NCBI RefSeq assembly: GCF_009914755.1 | Contig: NC_060943.1 | From: the human T2T-CHM13v2.0 reference genome, Homo sapiens | Length of the DNA stretch: 64,000 nt | Reading direction: 5' to 3' (one strand) | In this document: positions 33,186 to 46,977 of the stretch, in pieces | How the letters are laid out: each line of letters begins with the position of its first letter | How positions within the stretch are numbered: position 1 is the stretch's first letter | Position numbers and translations under genes: made by a program | Notes under the pieces: model-generated | What the model saw: the letters and a program-made list of their open reading frames with translations, nothing else | The model's database searches: none | Told to the model about the DNA's origin: nothing

Positions 33186-33753
33186 CATTACAAAATGTGT
33201 GGGTATTGCCAGGCGCTGTGGCTCATGTCTGTAATCCCAGCACTTGGGAGGCCGAGGCAGGTGAATCACTTGAGCTCAGGAGTTTGAGACCAGCCTCAAA
33301 AAAAAAAAAATTAGCTGTGTGTGGTTGTGAGCTGTGTTGTGGTTTTGAGCTCTGTGGTTGTGAGCCAGGTGTGGTGTGGGGATATTTGGTCCCAGCTACT
33401 ACACGGGAGGCTGAGGCAGGAGTAGTATTGCTTGAGCCTGAGAGGTGGAGGCTGCAGTGGGCCATAATTGTGTCAAATGCACTCCAGCCTGGGCAACACA
33501 GCAAGACCCTATCTCAAAAACCAAACAAACAAGAAAATGTGTGGGTGTGCAATATTTTTGCAAGATATACTTTTCAAAAAAATTTTTTAGACAGGTCTTG
33601 CTGTATCACCCAGGCTGGAGTGCAATTGTACAATCATAGCTCACTGCAGCCTTGACCTCCCAGGCTCAGGCGATCCTCCCACTCCAGCCTCCCCAGTGTC
33701 TGGGACCATAGGCATGTGCCACTGTGCCCGGGTGATTTTTTTTTTTTTTTTAG

Positions 33754-33969
<216 letters not shown>

Positions 33970-34361
33970 TAATCCTCCCGCCTTGGCCTCCCAAAGTGCT
34001 GGGATTACAGGCATGAGCCACCATGCCCGGCCCACCTGGGTGATTTTTGAATCATTTCTAGAAACTGGGTCTCCCTATGTTGTGTGGGCCTATCTCCAAC
34101 TACTGGGCTCAAATGATCCTTCTGCCTCAGCCTCCCAAAATGCTAGGATTACAGGCGTGAGCCAACATGCCCTGCCAAGATATACTGTTAAGTCAACAAA
34201 GCAACATGCAGAACAGTGATAAATTTGTACAAAAAGACAGGAGGTGTATTTACATTTCATTTTGGCAAGGTGAATCCACAGACTAGCTCTGGAAGGTCCC
34301 CAGGAGTCCCACTGTGATCGCCACAAGGAAGGGGAACTGCGTGCTTTTTTTTTTTTCTTGA

Positions 34362-34523
<162 letters not shown>

Positions 34524-35447
34524 TAGAGACGGGGTTTCCCCATGATGGCCAGACTGGTCTCAAACTCCTGACCTCAGGTGATCCGCCCGCCTCGGCCTCC
34601 CAAAGTGCTGGGATTACAGGTATGAGTCCACTGCGCCTGGCTGAACTGGATGCTTTTTAAATTTTCTAGAAAACTCATAAGCAAGTGTGCCTGTGTTCCA
34701 ACTGGTTGGTTTCCCGTGTGTGTGGCCTCCAGGGGCACTCTGAACGTGGCCAGCAGGGACTTGGGGTCCCCCCAGTCTGGGACACCTGTCCCCAAAACAC
34801 CGCTTTTTTTGAGGTTGCCTGCAGTTCCAAGGTTTCCCGGAAGGTGGAGCGCTGCAGTCTGAACCCAAAGCCAGACGCCCCCCAACCCGGCCCCAGGGCC
34901 CATCCAGCCGTTCAGGGGTCAAGAATGCGCCTGGGGACATGCCGGGGGCAGGGGCCAGCACGTCTGGAGCCTTTTATGGGCACAAACGGCGCCCTGGCAT
35001 CGTTCCAACCATGAATGCAGACCCCCGTGGGAGGGACTGTTGGCATAGCCTTGCCAGACCCATCTGGAGGGGTCAGATACCAAGCCAGTGCCTCCTGGGG
35101 CCTGAAGCTTAAGCTAATGTCCTGGCTCAGACACTGAGACAAGGTAGTCACTGTCTGGAATTTCCTCATCTGTCTAATGGGGATTAGGAAACCTACCTTG
35201 CAAAGTTGCTATAAGGCTGAAAAATAGGTGTGTCCCAGAACTGTGCAGAAAACTAGCCAGACAAAATGAACTCTTACTTTAGGCCGGGTGTGGAGGCTCA
35301 CACCTGTATCCCAGCACTTCGTTGTTGTTGTTGTTGTTGTTATTGTTATTTTGTTTTCTGAGATGGAGTCTTGCTCGGTCGCCCAGGCTGGAGTGCAGTG
35401 GCGCGATCTCAACTTACTGCAACCTCCAGCCTCCTGGGTTCAAGTGA

Positions 35448-35690
<243 letters not shown>

Positions 35691-36069
35691 TGAGCCCAGG
35701 AGTTTGAGACCAGCCTGGGCAACGTGGTGAGAAATCATCTCTAAAAAAAAATTCAAAACATGTTTGGTGTGGTGCTCCAGTAGCCCCAGCTACTCGGGTT
35801 GGGGGCTGAGGCAAGAGGATCACTTGAGCACAGGAGTTCAGGAGGATCACTTGAGGCTGCAGTGAGCTGGGATTATGCCAGTGTACTCCAGGCTGGGCGA
35901 CAGAGCAAGATCCTATCTCAAAAAGAAACCAAAAAACGGCCGGGCACAGTGGCTCTACCTGTAATCCCAGCACTTTGGGAGGCTGAGGCGGGCAGATCAC
36001 GAGGTCAGGAGTTTAAGACCAGCCTGATCAATATGTGAAACCCCATCTCTACTAAAAATACAAAAACTA

Positions 36070-36243
<174 letters not shown>

Positions 36244-36346
36244 TCACACCTGTTATCCCAGCACTTTGGGAGGCCGAGGTGGGCGGATCACAAGGTCAGG
36301 AGATCAAGACCATCCTGGCTAACACTGTGAAACCCCATCTCTACTA

Positions 36347-36544
<198 letters not shown>

Positions 36545-37193
36545 TTATGTTTTCCTAAAAGACATGATTTCATCACACAGGCTGGAGTTCAGTTATGCAA
36601 AAATAGCTCACTGCAGCCCCTGAGCTCCTGGGTTCTGGAAATCCTCCTTCTTCAGCCTCCCCAGTAGCTGTGACTATAGGCATGCGTAACCACAACTGCC
36701 TAATTTTTAAAATTTTTTGTAGAGATGGGGTCTCACTATGTTGACCAGGCTGGTCTCAAACTCCCAGCCTCAATCGATCCTTCTGCCTCAGCCTCCCAAA
36801 GTGTTGGGATTACAGGCATGAGCCACTGTGTCTGGCCTTATTTTGTTATCCTTTTTTTTTTTTTTTTTTTTTTTTAGACCGAGTCTCACTTTGTTACCCA
36901 GGCTGGAGTGCAGCTCTTTGCAACCTCCGCCTCCCAGTTTCAAGGGATTCTCCTGCCTCAGCCTCCCGAGTAGCTGGAACTATATGCGTAAGCCATCACA
37001 CTTGGCTAATTTTGGTATTTTTAGTAGAGATGGGGTTTCACCATGTTGGCCAAACTGGTCTCAAACTCCTGACATCAGGTGATCTGCCCACCTCTGCCTC
37101 CCAAAGTGCTGGGGTTAGAGGCATGAGTCACGGCACCCAGCCTATTATTATTATTTCTTTTAATGAAGGATCTGAAACTGCATTTGAAGAAAT

Positions 37194-37199
37194 TTTATT
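37194..37199 (-). terminator. S1PR5: S1PR5 distal polyadenylation signal AATAAA
   Basis: TTTATT on + strand; further copies at 37408-37413 and 37488-37493. Confidence 0.7.
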
Positions 37200-37200
37200 A

Positions 37201-37400
37201 ACTGGGCATGGTGGTGCATGCCTGTAGTCCCAGCTACTAGGGAGGCTGAAGCAGGAACTCCAGGCTTGATCCCAGGAGTTCCAGGCTGCAGTGAGCTATA
37301 ATTGTGCCCATTGCACTCCAGCCTGGGTGACAGAGCACAAGATCCCAACTCAAAAAAAAAAAAAGAAAGAAAGAAAGAAAGAAAGAAAAGAAAAATAAAA
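37201..37400 (+). mobile_element. Alu right-monomer (FRAM/AluJ-like) antisense within the S1PR5 3' UTR
   Basis: CTGGGCATGGTGGTGCATGCCTGTAGTCCCAGCTAC...GCACTCCAGCCTGGGTGACAGAGC plus an A/GAAA tail; 14-bp TSD AAGAAATTTTATTA. Confidence 0.9.
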
Positions 37401-37499
37401 AAGAAATTTTATTACCAGATAGGATTTGGCTGAGTCTCCCAGAGTCAAATTTGGGGGTGCCCCACCCTTGGCATTGTCCTTGATAACTTTATTCCACTC

Positions 37500-38130
37500 T
37501 TACACTCAATTCCTCAGTAATTCTGTCTGCTGCCTCTAAAATCTATCTAGAATCCACGGGGTCTGGGCTTAGCTGGAATCTCCATCATTGTTCCTGTGGC
37601 TCAGTGCAGCCCCCCTTCACCTTCTCTGGTTTTCAACCTCCCATGGAGGCCACAAGACACCTGTGATCACCTGAATTAGGGCAAGTCCCTCTTCTGCTTA
37701 GAAGCTTCTATGGCTCCCACCTCACTCAGAGCAAAAGCGAAGTCCTCTATATCACCCACAAGGTCCTTCGGGAACTACTCCTTCAGCTCCTTGTCTCCTC
37801 CCATTCTCCCCCTCCGTCCCTGCTCCAGGCACACCAGCATCGCTGCATTTCTTAGAACACATGGGCACATTTCAGCCTCAGGGCCTTTGCGCATGCCATT
37901 CCCTCATCCTGAAATGCTTTTCTTTTGGTCTTCCCAGGACAGAGGTCTCAGCTCACATCACAAGTCACTACCTCTGCAGAGAGGTCTTCCCTGACCACCA
38001 TCACCATCTCTGTCGTTTGTCACTGGAATCATCTCCATTATTTCATCACCGAGTTCTTTTCTGTGTTCCCAAGCAGAACGTCAATTCCACGAGGGCACAG
38101 ATTTTTTGTCTGTTTGTTCACATTGTGGGG
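37500..38130 (+). mobile_element. L2 LINE remnant forming much of the S1PR5 3' UTR
   Basis: L2-like TGGCTCCCACCTCACTCAGAGCAAAAG...CCTCAGGGCCTTTGC...AGAGAGGTCTTCCCTGACCACC...TCCACGAGGGCA...TTTTGTCTGTTTGTTCAC. Confidence 0.7.
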
Positions 38131-38258
38131 TGTCGCTGCATAAATACATTTCCCCTGCATCTTTTCCGACTGCACCTTTGGCTGCATTTCCTACAAATTC
38201 CTTTATGTAAAAAGAACAAGTCTGTAAAACTTGGGAAGACAGTCGTGGGCCGAGGGTG

Positions 38259-39455
38259 TCAGTCTGCAGCCGGTTCTGATACCAGAGTCCGGGCGGCTGT
38301 GGGTGCACCGGGGCTGCCTGTGGAGCCGCTGGTGTCCAGCCCGTCGCGCTGGGGCGATGAGCGCTCCGAGCCGCTGAAGCTCCCATCAAGGCCCGGGGGC
38401 AGGCAGCGGCGCAGGCCCCCGGAAGCCTCAGCCGCGCTCGCCGACTGCTGGGAGCCACTCGGGTCTCTGCCGCAGGAGTGGCGTCCGCAGCAGACCAGGC
38501 GCAGGAGCGCGTGGCGCAGGTCGCGGTTGGTGAGCGTGTAGATGATGGGGTTCAGAAGTGAGTTGGCCATGGCCAGTCCCAGGAAGGGATCGGCCTGCAG
38601 GAGTACAGGACAGGTGCGCGCCGGGCACGCCACGTCGAGCAACAGCAGCAGGAAGAGGGGGCCCCAACATGCCACAAAGGCCAGGAGCACCACGCTGAGC
38701 GTGCGCAGCAAGGCCAGCGAGCGCGGCTTGCGACGCGCCCGGGTCGAGGTGGTCCCCGCAGTCCCGGGCCGTGCCGGCAGGCGCCGCGCGTTGGCGCGTA
38801 CCTGGCAGTAGATGCGCGCGTAGAGTGCACAGATAGCGGCCAGGATGCCCACGAAGGCGAGCACGCAGAAGAGCACGTAGGCCTTGGCGTAGAGCGGCAA
38901 GACAGTGGAGCAAGCGTCCAGGCGACCCAGGCAATTCCAGCCCAGCGCTGGCAGGAGCCCGAGGAGCAGCGACACGCCCCAGGCCGCGGCTGCCATCGCC
39001 AGCGTGCGCCCCCGACTGGAGACGGGCGCGGGCCCCCTGCGCGCCATGGTGAGGCTGCGCTCCAGCGCGATGGCCAGGAGGCTCAGCACGGACGCAGTGA
39101 GTGCCACGAAGACGCCTCCCTCCCGTGCGAACCAGAGCGCGGGGGACAGTTTCAGCGTGAGCGGCCCCGACAGTAGGATGTTGGCGGCGTAGGCGGCGCC
39201 TGCCAGCAGATCCGACAACGTGAGGCTGCCCAGGAGCAGGAACATGGGAGCGTGGAAGCGCGGGTGGCGTCCGAGCACCAACAACACGGCTAGATTCTCT
39301 AGCACGATGAAGGCGCACACCGCCAGGCACACCACGGCGTCGGCGCGCAGGCCGGCACCCGGCTGGTAGCGCGCACCGCGGAGCTTGCCGGTGTAGTTGT
39401 AATGCAGGACGATGACCTCGCTCACCGGCGCCGGCCGCAGCAGCCCCGACTCCAT
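38259..39455 (-). CDS. S1PR5: Sphingosine-1-phosphate receptor 5 (EDG8), class A GPCR, 398 aa, single coding exon
   Basis: [30 protein letters not shown]...; seven hydrophobic segments, WFAREG (TM3), ERS in place of DRY, CWGP, NPIIY; acceptor ccaacag| at 39475-39474. Confidence 0.99.
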   Translation of the reverse strand: MESGLLRPAPVSEVIVLHYNYTGKLRGARYQPGAGLRADAVVCLAVCAFIVLENLAVLLVLGRHPRFHAPMFLLLGSLTLSDLLAGAAYAANILLSGPLTLKLSPALWFAREGGVFVALTASVLSLLAIALERSLTMARRGPAPVSSRGRTLAMAAAAWGVSLLLGLLPALGWNCLGRLDACSTVLPLYAKAYVLFCVLAFVGILAAICALYARIYCQVRANARRLPARPGTAGTTSTRARRKPRSLALLRTLSVVLLAFVACWGPLFLLLLLDVACPARTCPVLLQADPFLGLAMANSLLNPIIYTLTNRDLRHALLRLVCCGRHSCGRDPSGSQQSASAAEASGGLRRCLPPGLDGSFSGSERSSPQRDGLDTSGSTGSPGAPTAARTLVSEPAAD

Positions 39456-39836
39456 GGGCCGCGCGCCCCAAGGCTGTTGGAGAGGCAAGATACGGTGTCA
39501 GGCCGCGGTCCCCGTAAGCACGCTCGCAGCAGCCGGCTAAGTCGTGGGAAAGGGGCCCTACCCCCTGACCATCACCCCCTATACATGGTGTCCAAGGGGG
39601 AGTTCAGGATGGAGGGATAGAGTCCGTGGAGACAGACATACACACAAATAATATCACGAGGGAACAAGGTGACATAGTCCCAAAAAAAGGGACATTAATA
39701 ACACATGAATGGCTGGGCGCTGTGGTTCACACATGGCTGGGCGCGGTGGCTCAGGCCTGTAATCCCCGCCTGTAATCCCCCCAGGCTCAGGCCTGAGGCA
39801 GTGGCTCAGGCCTGGGAGGCCAAGGGGGGCAGATCA

Positions 39837-40205
<369 letters not shown>

Positions 40206-41739
40206 CTACAAAAATTAGCCGGGACGTGTTGGTGTATGCCTATAGTCCAAGCTACTCAGTGGAGTCCCAGCTGAGGTGAGAGGATCACTTGAGCCCGCGG
40301 GGTCAAGGCTGCAGTCAGTGAGCATTGATTGTGCCACTGTACTCCAGCCAGGACAACAGAGCAAGACTTTGTCTCAAACACACACACACAAACACACAAG
40401 CAGGGAGTTCCAGAGACGTAACAGTAAACACACAGAACGCACACAAACGCAACACACACAGAAAGAGACACACAAATACAGCGACACACTACAAGGGCAA
40501 AACACACAGTCACACACTATCAGGGAAACTAAAAAATACATCATACAGGAACAGAGTGACGCAGGCAGAAAAACACAGCGACCAAAATTCAGTCACACGA
40601 ATACAGGGTCTCCCACCCAGTGGCACAGGCCACAATTTCACAACCTCCACTCACACTAGCCTGGGGCCCAGTGCACCACACTCCACACTCTTGTCTCACT
40701 GCATACAAAGCTTTTTCCTGCCAAAACCCCCTCATCCACCCAAAACCCCATGAGAAAGTTGCTCCTTGGCCAGGCACAGTGGCTTTCGCCTGTAATCCCA
40801 GCACTTTGGGAGGCCGAGGTGGGAGTATCACTTGAGCCCAGGAGTTCGACACCAGCTTGGGCAACATACTAAGACTTCATCTCTACAAAAAAATTTAAAA
40901 ATTAGCCAGGTGTGGTGTTATGCCCCTATAGTCCCAGCTACTCAAGAGACTGAGGCGGGAGGATCACTTGAGCCTGGGAGGCCGAGGCTGCAGTGAGCCA
41001 TGATCGCACCCCTGCTCTCCAGCCTGGGTGACAAGAGAGAAACTCCGTCTCAAAAAAAAAAAAAAAAAAAAGTTGATCCTATTCACTTATTTTACTAAGG
41101 CAGAGCCTGAGGACAGGAGAGAGAATCCACAAGAGGCAAACAGACTCTTACAGAGGGGCACACATGTCATTAAACTGTAATAACACTCCTCACCTGCCTC
41201 TGTGACCTTATTAATCCCCACTTCCTTTAGTCCTAATTTACAGATGAGAAAACTGAAGCTCAAAAGAAATGCTTCGTATCGAAGCAGGCGCAAAGGTTTC
41301 CATGCTCCCACACAAACATCCATGCACAAATAGTCCCCATGCAAGTCCAGATGAGAAAGCCAAGGCCTGGGGAGGGGAATGGATCTCTTTTGCACAAGGC
41401 AGGGATGCGGACATCCCAGAGAGCTTCAGTCACACACAGAGAATCAAGGCAGGCAAACATAGACAGGAAGTCGCTGGCTCACCCATGCTGGAGGTGGGGA
41501 GCCCAAATACAGGGAGACAGGGTTACACATGCTCTGAGGGGGAGGCCAACCCCATCCGCCCAGCTTGCCCGGCAGCAGGACTGAAGTATGGAAACTTGCA
41601 GTGGCCCGGCCAGGAGGGGGTGGCCAGGGGATTCCAGCCACCTTCACCCCGTATCCCAGGTCCTGCACCCAGCTGGGGAGCCCCCAGCTTCCCCCTCCCC
41701 AGAGGCCTCCAGGAAAAGTTCGGAGAACTCCCTGCAAGG

Positions 41740-42500
41740 AGTGGTGCGCCTTTTTAGACCGGGAAAGTGGCCGCCAGGGCGACCCCCTCCGGGTCAGGCC
41801 CAGCCCCGCGCCCCCAAAGGTCCAGTGCAGTCCACTCACTCTGCGCCCTGGTCGTGCGCCACCCGCAGTCGCGCTGCCTTGAACCGAGTGAGCGGACGCC
41901 GCTCCGGGGGCGGGGCTGGAGCTGGCAGGCGAGGGGGCGGGCCAGCGACGCAAAGGGCCGGCGGTCGCCAGCAGTTGCCCCCTCCCCTTGGGTCCCGGGC
42001 ACTCAGCCCATGGCTGCCAGCCTGTGCCACTCGCCGCGGCACCGGAGCGCGCCCCGGCGGCGACTGGCACAGGCGAGCCCTCAGCTGCCCCCTCCGGGCC
42101 TGGGCTGTCCTCCCAGGGACGCTCCATCGCGGTGGGAGGACTCGGAGAGGCGGGAAAGGGAGGGTTCTGCAGCAGGGCGGTCGCAGCCTGAGCCTCTTCT
42201 CCCCAGCGGAGGGGTCTCCTCTGTCCTGGGTGTCCGGGCACTGCGCCCTCCCATTGCCCACCCACCTGTGAACTGAGCTTCCTGGGCTGCACCCCAAGGA
42301 CGCCCCGTCGATGATTCGGAGGGGTCTTCAGTGGGTTGCTTAGCAGGAGTCTTCAGTGGGGGCCACCTTAGCCTGAGTCCTCTCCCACCAGCAGATAGGT
42401 TCCCGCTGCTCCCGGGCACAGGCCCCTCCCAATTTCCCGCTCCCGCCCCCGGCTCAGGGCGAGTGGGGGTGGGGCGGGCCCGGGCAGGATTGTGATGGGA
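41740..42500. promoter_or_regulatory. S1PR5: S1PR5 CpG-island promoter
   Basis: CpG-dense region with GGGGCGGGG boxes (~41906, ~42470) surrounding exon 1. Confidence 0.85.
41840..41900 (-). other. S1PR5: S1PR5 first exon (5' end uncertain)
   Basis: Donor AGA|GTGAGT at 41839; joins 39473 to give ...GGGCGCAGA|CCTTGGGGCGCGCGGCCCATG. Confidence 0.85.
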
Positions 42501-42905
42501 ACTTGCCGCTCCTCAGATAAGGAGGGTCTCTCCTGTCCCACCCCCTGGATTCCGTGTTCCCCCGACCGATTCTCTCCCACCCTTATCGCTGACGACAAAG
42601 TGATTTACTCATTAATGGTGTTTCTGGGCTGTGTCCTTAGCAGACAGTAAACCCCAGCAATGTAAGAATTTCTTTTTTTTTTTTTTTTTTGAGACAAGAT
42701 CTTGCTCTGTGGCCCAGAGTGGAGTGCAGTGGCAACATCATAAGTCACTGCAGTCTCGACCTCCGCGGCTCAAGCCATCCTCCCATCTCAGCCGGCTGAA
42801 CGTAGCTGCTGGGACTCCAGTCGCTTGCAACCATGCCCAGATAATGAATGAGTGTCTCCCTCACTTCCTCTGTATCTCTCTCAGGAGGATCTCAGAGTCT
42901 CTCGC

Positions 42906-42956
42906 CTGCGTGTCTCTTTGTCTCTGCGTGTCTCTTTGCCTCTGCGTGTCTCTTTG
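42906..42956 (+). repeat. 18-bp tandem repeat, three copies (CTGCGTGTCTCTTTG core)
   Basis: Cores at 42906, 42924 and 42942. Confidence 0.9.
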
Positions 42957-44166
42957 TTGCTGTCTGTGATGCTCTCCCACGCCTCTCCCAGGCCACTGCT
43001 CCTCCAACGACCAGTCCCGCTGGCCCCGAAACGCCCCCACCCCGACTTCCCAGGAACTTCCAGACGGTCCCAGCTCTTCCACCCTCAGATTCAGGAAGGG
43101 AGGCTGGGTCCCGCTGCTGCGACCTTCTCCAGGACCGTGCCCTTTGCCCCTGATGCTTCAGGCCCTGCTGGCCGCGGGTGGGGTGAGGGCGCCCCAGGAG
43201 AGATGAGCCAGAGGCTGAGAATAAGTGTGGATCCGGGATACCCTCGTGGGAGGAAACTCAGGGGGCACTCAGGCCGGGTCAGGCCCCCATGTAGCCCCTT
43301 GGGGATCCCAGCCCTCCTGCCCCCGCTGTTCCCTCGGTGGGCAGAACCTTTCCTGCCTGCTCTGCTCAAAGACACAGCCAATGGGACCCGCAGGGTGGGA
43401 CGGTGTTAACCCTTCAGTGCCAGGTTCCCCAGTCCTGTGGACCAAGCCAACTCCAATGGTGCCCACTGGGATGACCCCTGAAGATCTCCCAGCATGGCTG
43501 TGGCTGGCACCCAGTAGGTGCTCAATAAATGACCTCCTTCTGTAAAGGGGAAGCCGCGCCCCAGGGTGGGGAGGTGGCTGCTTCACACCTCCCAGGCGCC
43601 AATCTCACTTCTCTCGAAAATGGGGCTCTTCCGGCTGCGGGTCCCGGGCTCAGCAACCTGCCTCTCCAGCTGCCTCCCTGAACTTCTTTCCCACGAATTG
43701 GGACCCTGGGGACTCAGGCTCCAGGATCTCGACAGATGTTGGGAGTCCCATCCCTAGCTGCCACTCCACACTCCTGGCCACAGTTCTTAAAACTCAGATC
43801 ACATTTCTTTTCTGCTCCAAACCCTCCCGTGGCTCCCTGTGTTTCTCAGAGTAAGTGATCAAGTCCTCAGTGAGGACCCCGCAAGGACAAGGCCATATGC
43901 CGTCCTGATTTGTCTCTTTCTGTTACTTCTGTGCCTCTCTCTGCTCCACTCTGCTTCTGCCTCCCGGGCTCCTCCGAGTTCCACACACACTTCAAGACTT
44001 TTGAACTTGGGGGCCAGGTGGCCTGGAGCACCCTTCTCCCCACCCCTTCCCAGCTGGTCAGCTGGTCACCTCCTCAGAGAGACCTTCCCTGATCTGTCCC
44101 TCATCTCAAATGGCAGTTGGCATTATCTGAAATCACCTTGCTTTTGCTTTTTTTTTTTTTTTGTAA

Positions 44167-44391
<225 letters not shown>

Positions 44392-44924
44392 TGAATCGCC
44401 CGCCTCCCCCTCCCAAAGTGCTGGGATTACAGGCGTGAGCCACCGTGCCCGGCCACCTTGTTCATTTCATTTATTTATTCATCTTTCCTAATGTGTATCT
44501 CTGACCTAGAGCCTCAGCTCCAGGAAGGCAGGTCTGTCCCTCTGCCCAGATTCCTAAAGGTTAAGGGCTCACAGTTTTTTGATTTTTCTTTCTTTTGTGA
44601 GACAGCGCCTCACTCTGTCATCCAGGCTGGGGCACAGTGCCGTGATCACAGCTCCCTGCAGCCTCGACTTTCCAGGCTTCAAGCAATCCTCTGCCCAACC
44701 TCCAGAGTAGCTGGGACCGTAGGTGCCAGCCACTGCACCTGGCTACTTTTTAAAATTTTTTGTAGAGACAGGGTCTCGCCAGGTTACCTAAGCTGGCCTT
44801 GAACTCCTGGACTCAAGCAATTCTTCTGCCTCAGCCTCCCAAAGTGCTGGGATTACAGGAGTGAGACAGGACTCAAGGTCTTGAGGCAGGCAAGTGATAC
44901 CCACTGTGAGCCTCAGTGGACTTA

Positions 44925-45338
<414 letters not shown>

Positions 45339-45402
45339 TCAGTGCAGCTATTATTGGTCACCACTGTATCCCCAAAGAAGAATTAGGGCAATGGGCTCAT
45401 AA

Positions 45403-46014
<612 letters not shown>

Positions 46015-46111
46015 TAGGCGTGAGCCACCCTGCCCGGTCTTTTTTTTTTTTTTTTTTTTCTTGAGATAGGGTCTGGCTCTGCCACCCAGGCTGGAGTGCA
46101 GTGCGCAGTGA

Positions 46112-46354
<243 letters not shown>

Positions 46355-46663
46355 TGAAACTTAAATGTGGCTGCAGGGAGGTGTGAACTGACAACTTTCC
46401 CACAGCCAGAGAACAGAGAGGCAGGGTTTGGGGGTCTCAAACGGGAGGCCCGAGGGCCAACTCCAACTCACATGCACAAGGCTTGTTTGTGCAGCTCAGT
46501 GAGGTTTCACACTCAAACAGCTATCCGAACTGGACAGAAATGCTGCACTCTAGCCAGTAAATTTGTTTCTCTTAGAAGTACAAGGCAACAGGCTGGGCGC
46601 AGTGGCTCACACCTCTAATCCCAGCACTTTAGGAGGCCGAGGGGGGTGGATCACCTAAGATCA

Positions 46664-46977
<314 letters not shown>

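Noticed and set aside
38428-39471. 347-aa alternative-frame ORF overlapping S1PR5, and the plus-strand 37861-38541 ORF
   Set aside because: The first has a non-ATG start and extreme GC content; the second is mostly antisense 3' UTR and L2 sequence; neither has homology I recognise
39456-39488. ORF-track start giving a 409-aa S1PR5
   Set aside because: The start lies in the intron upstream of the acceptor at 39474
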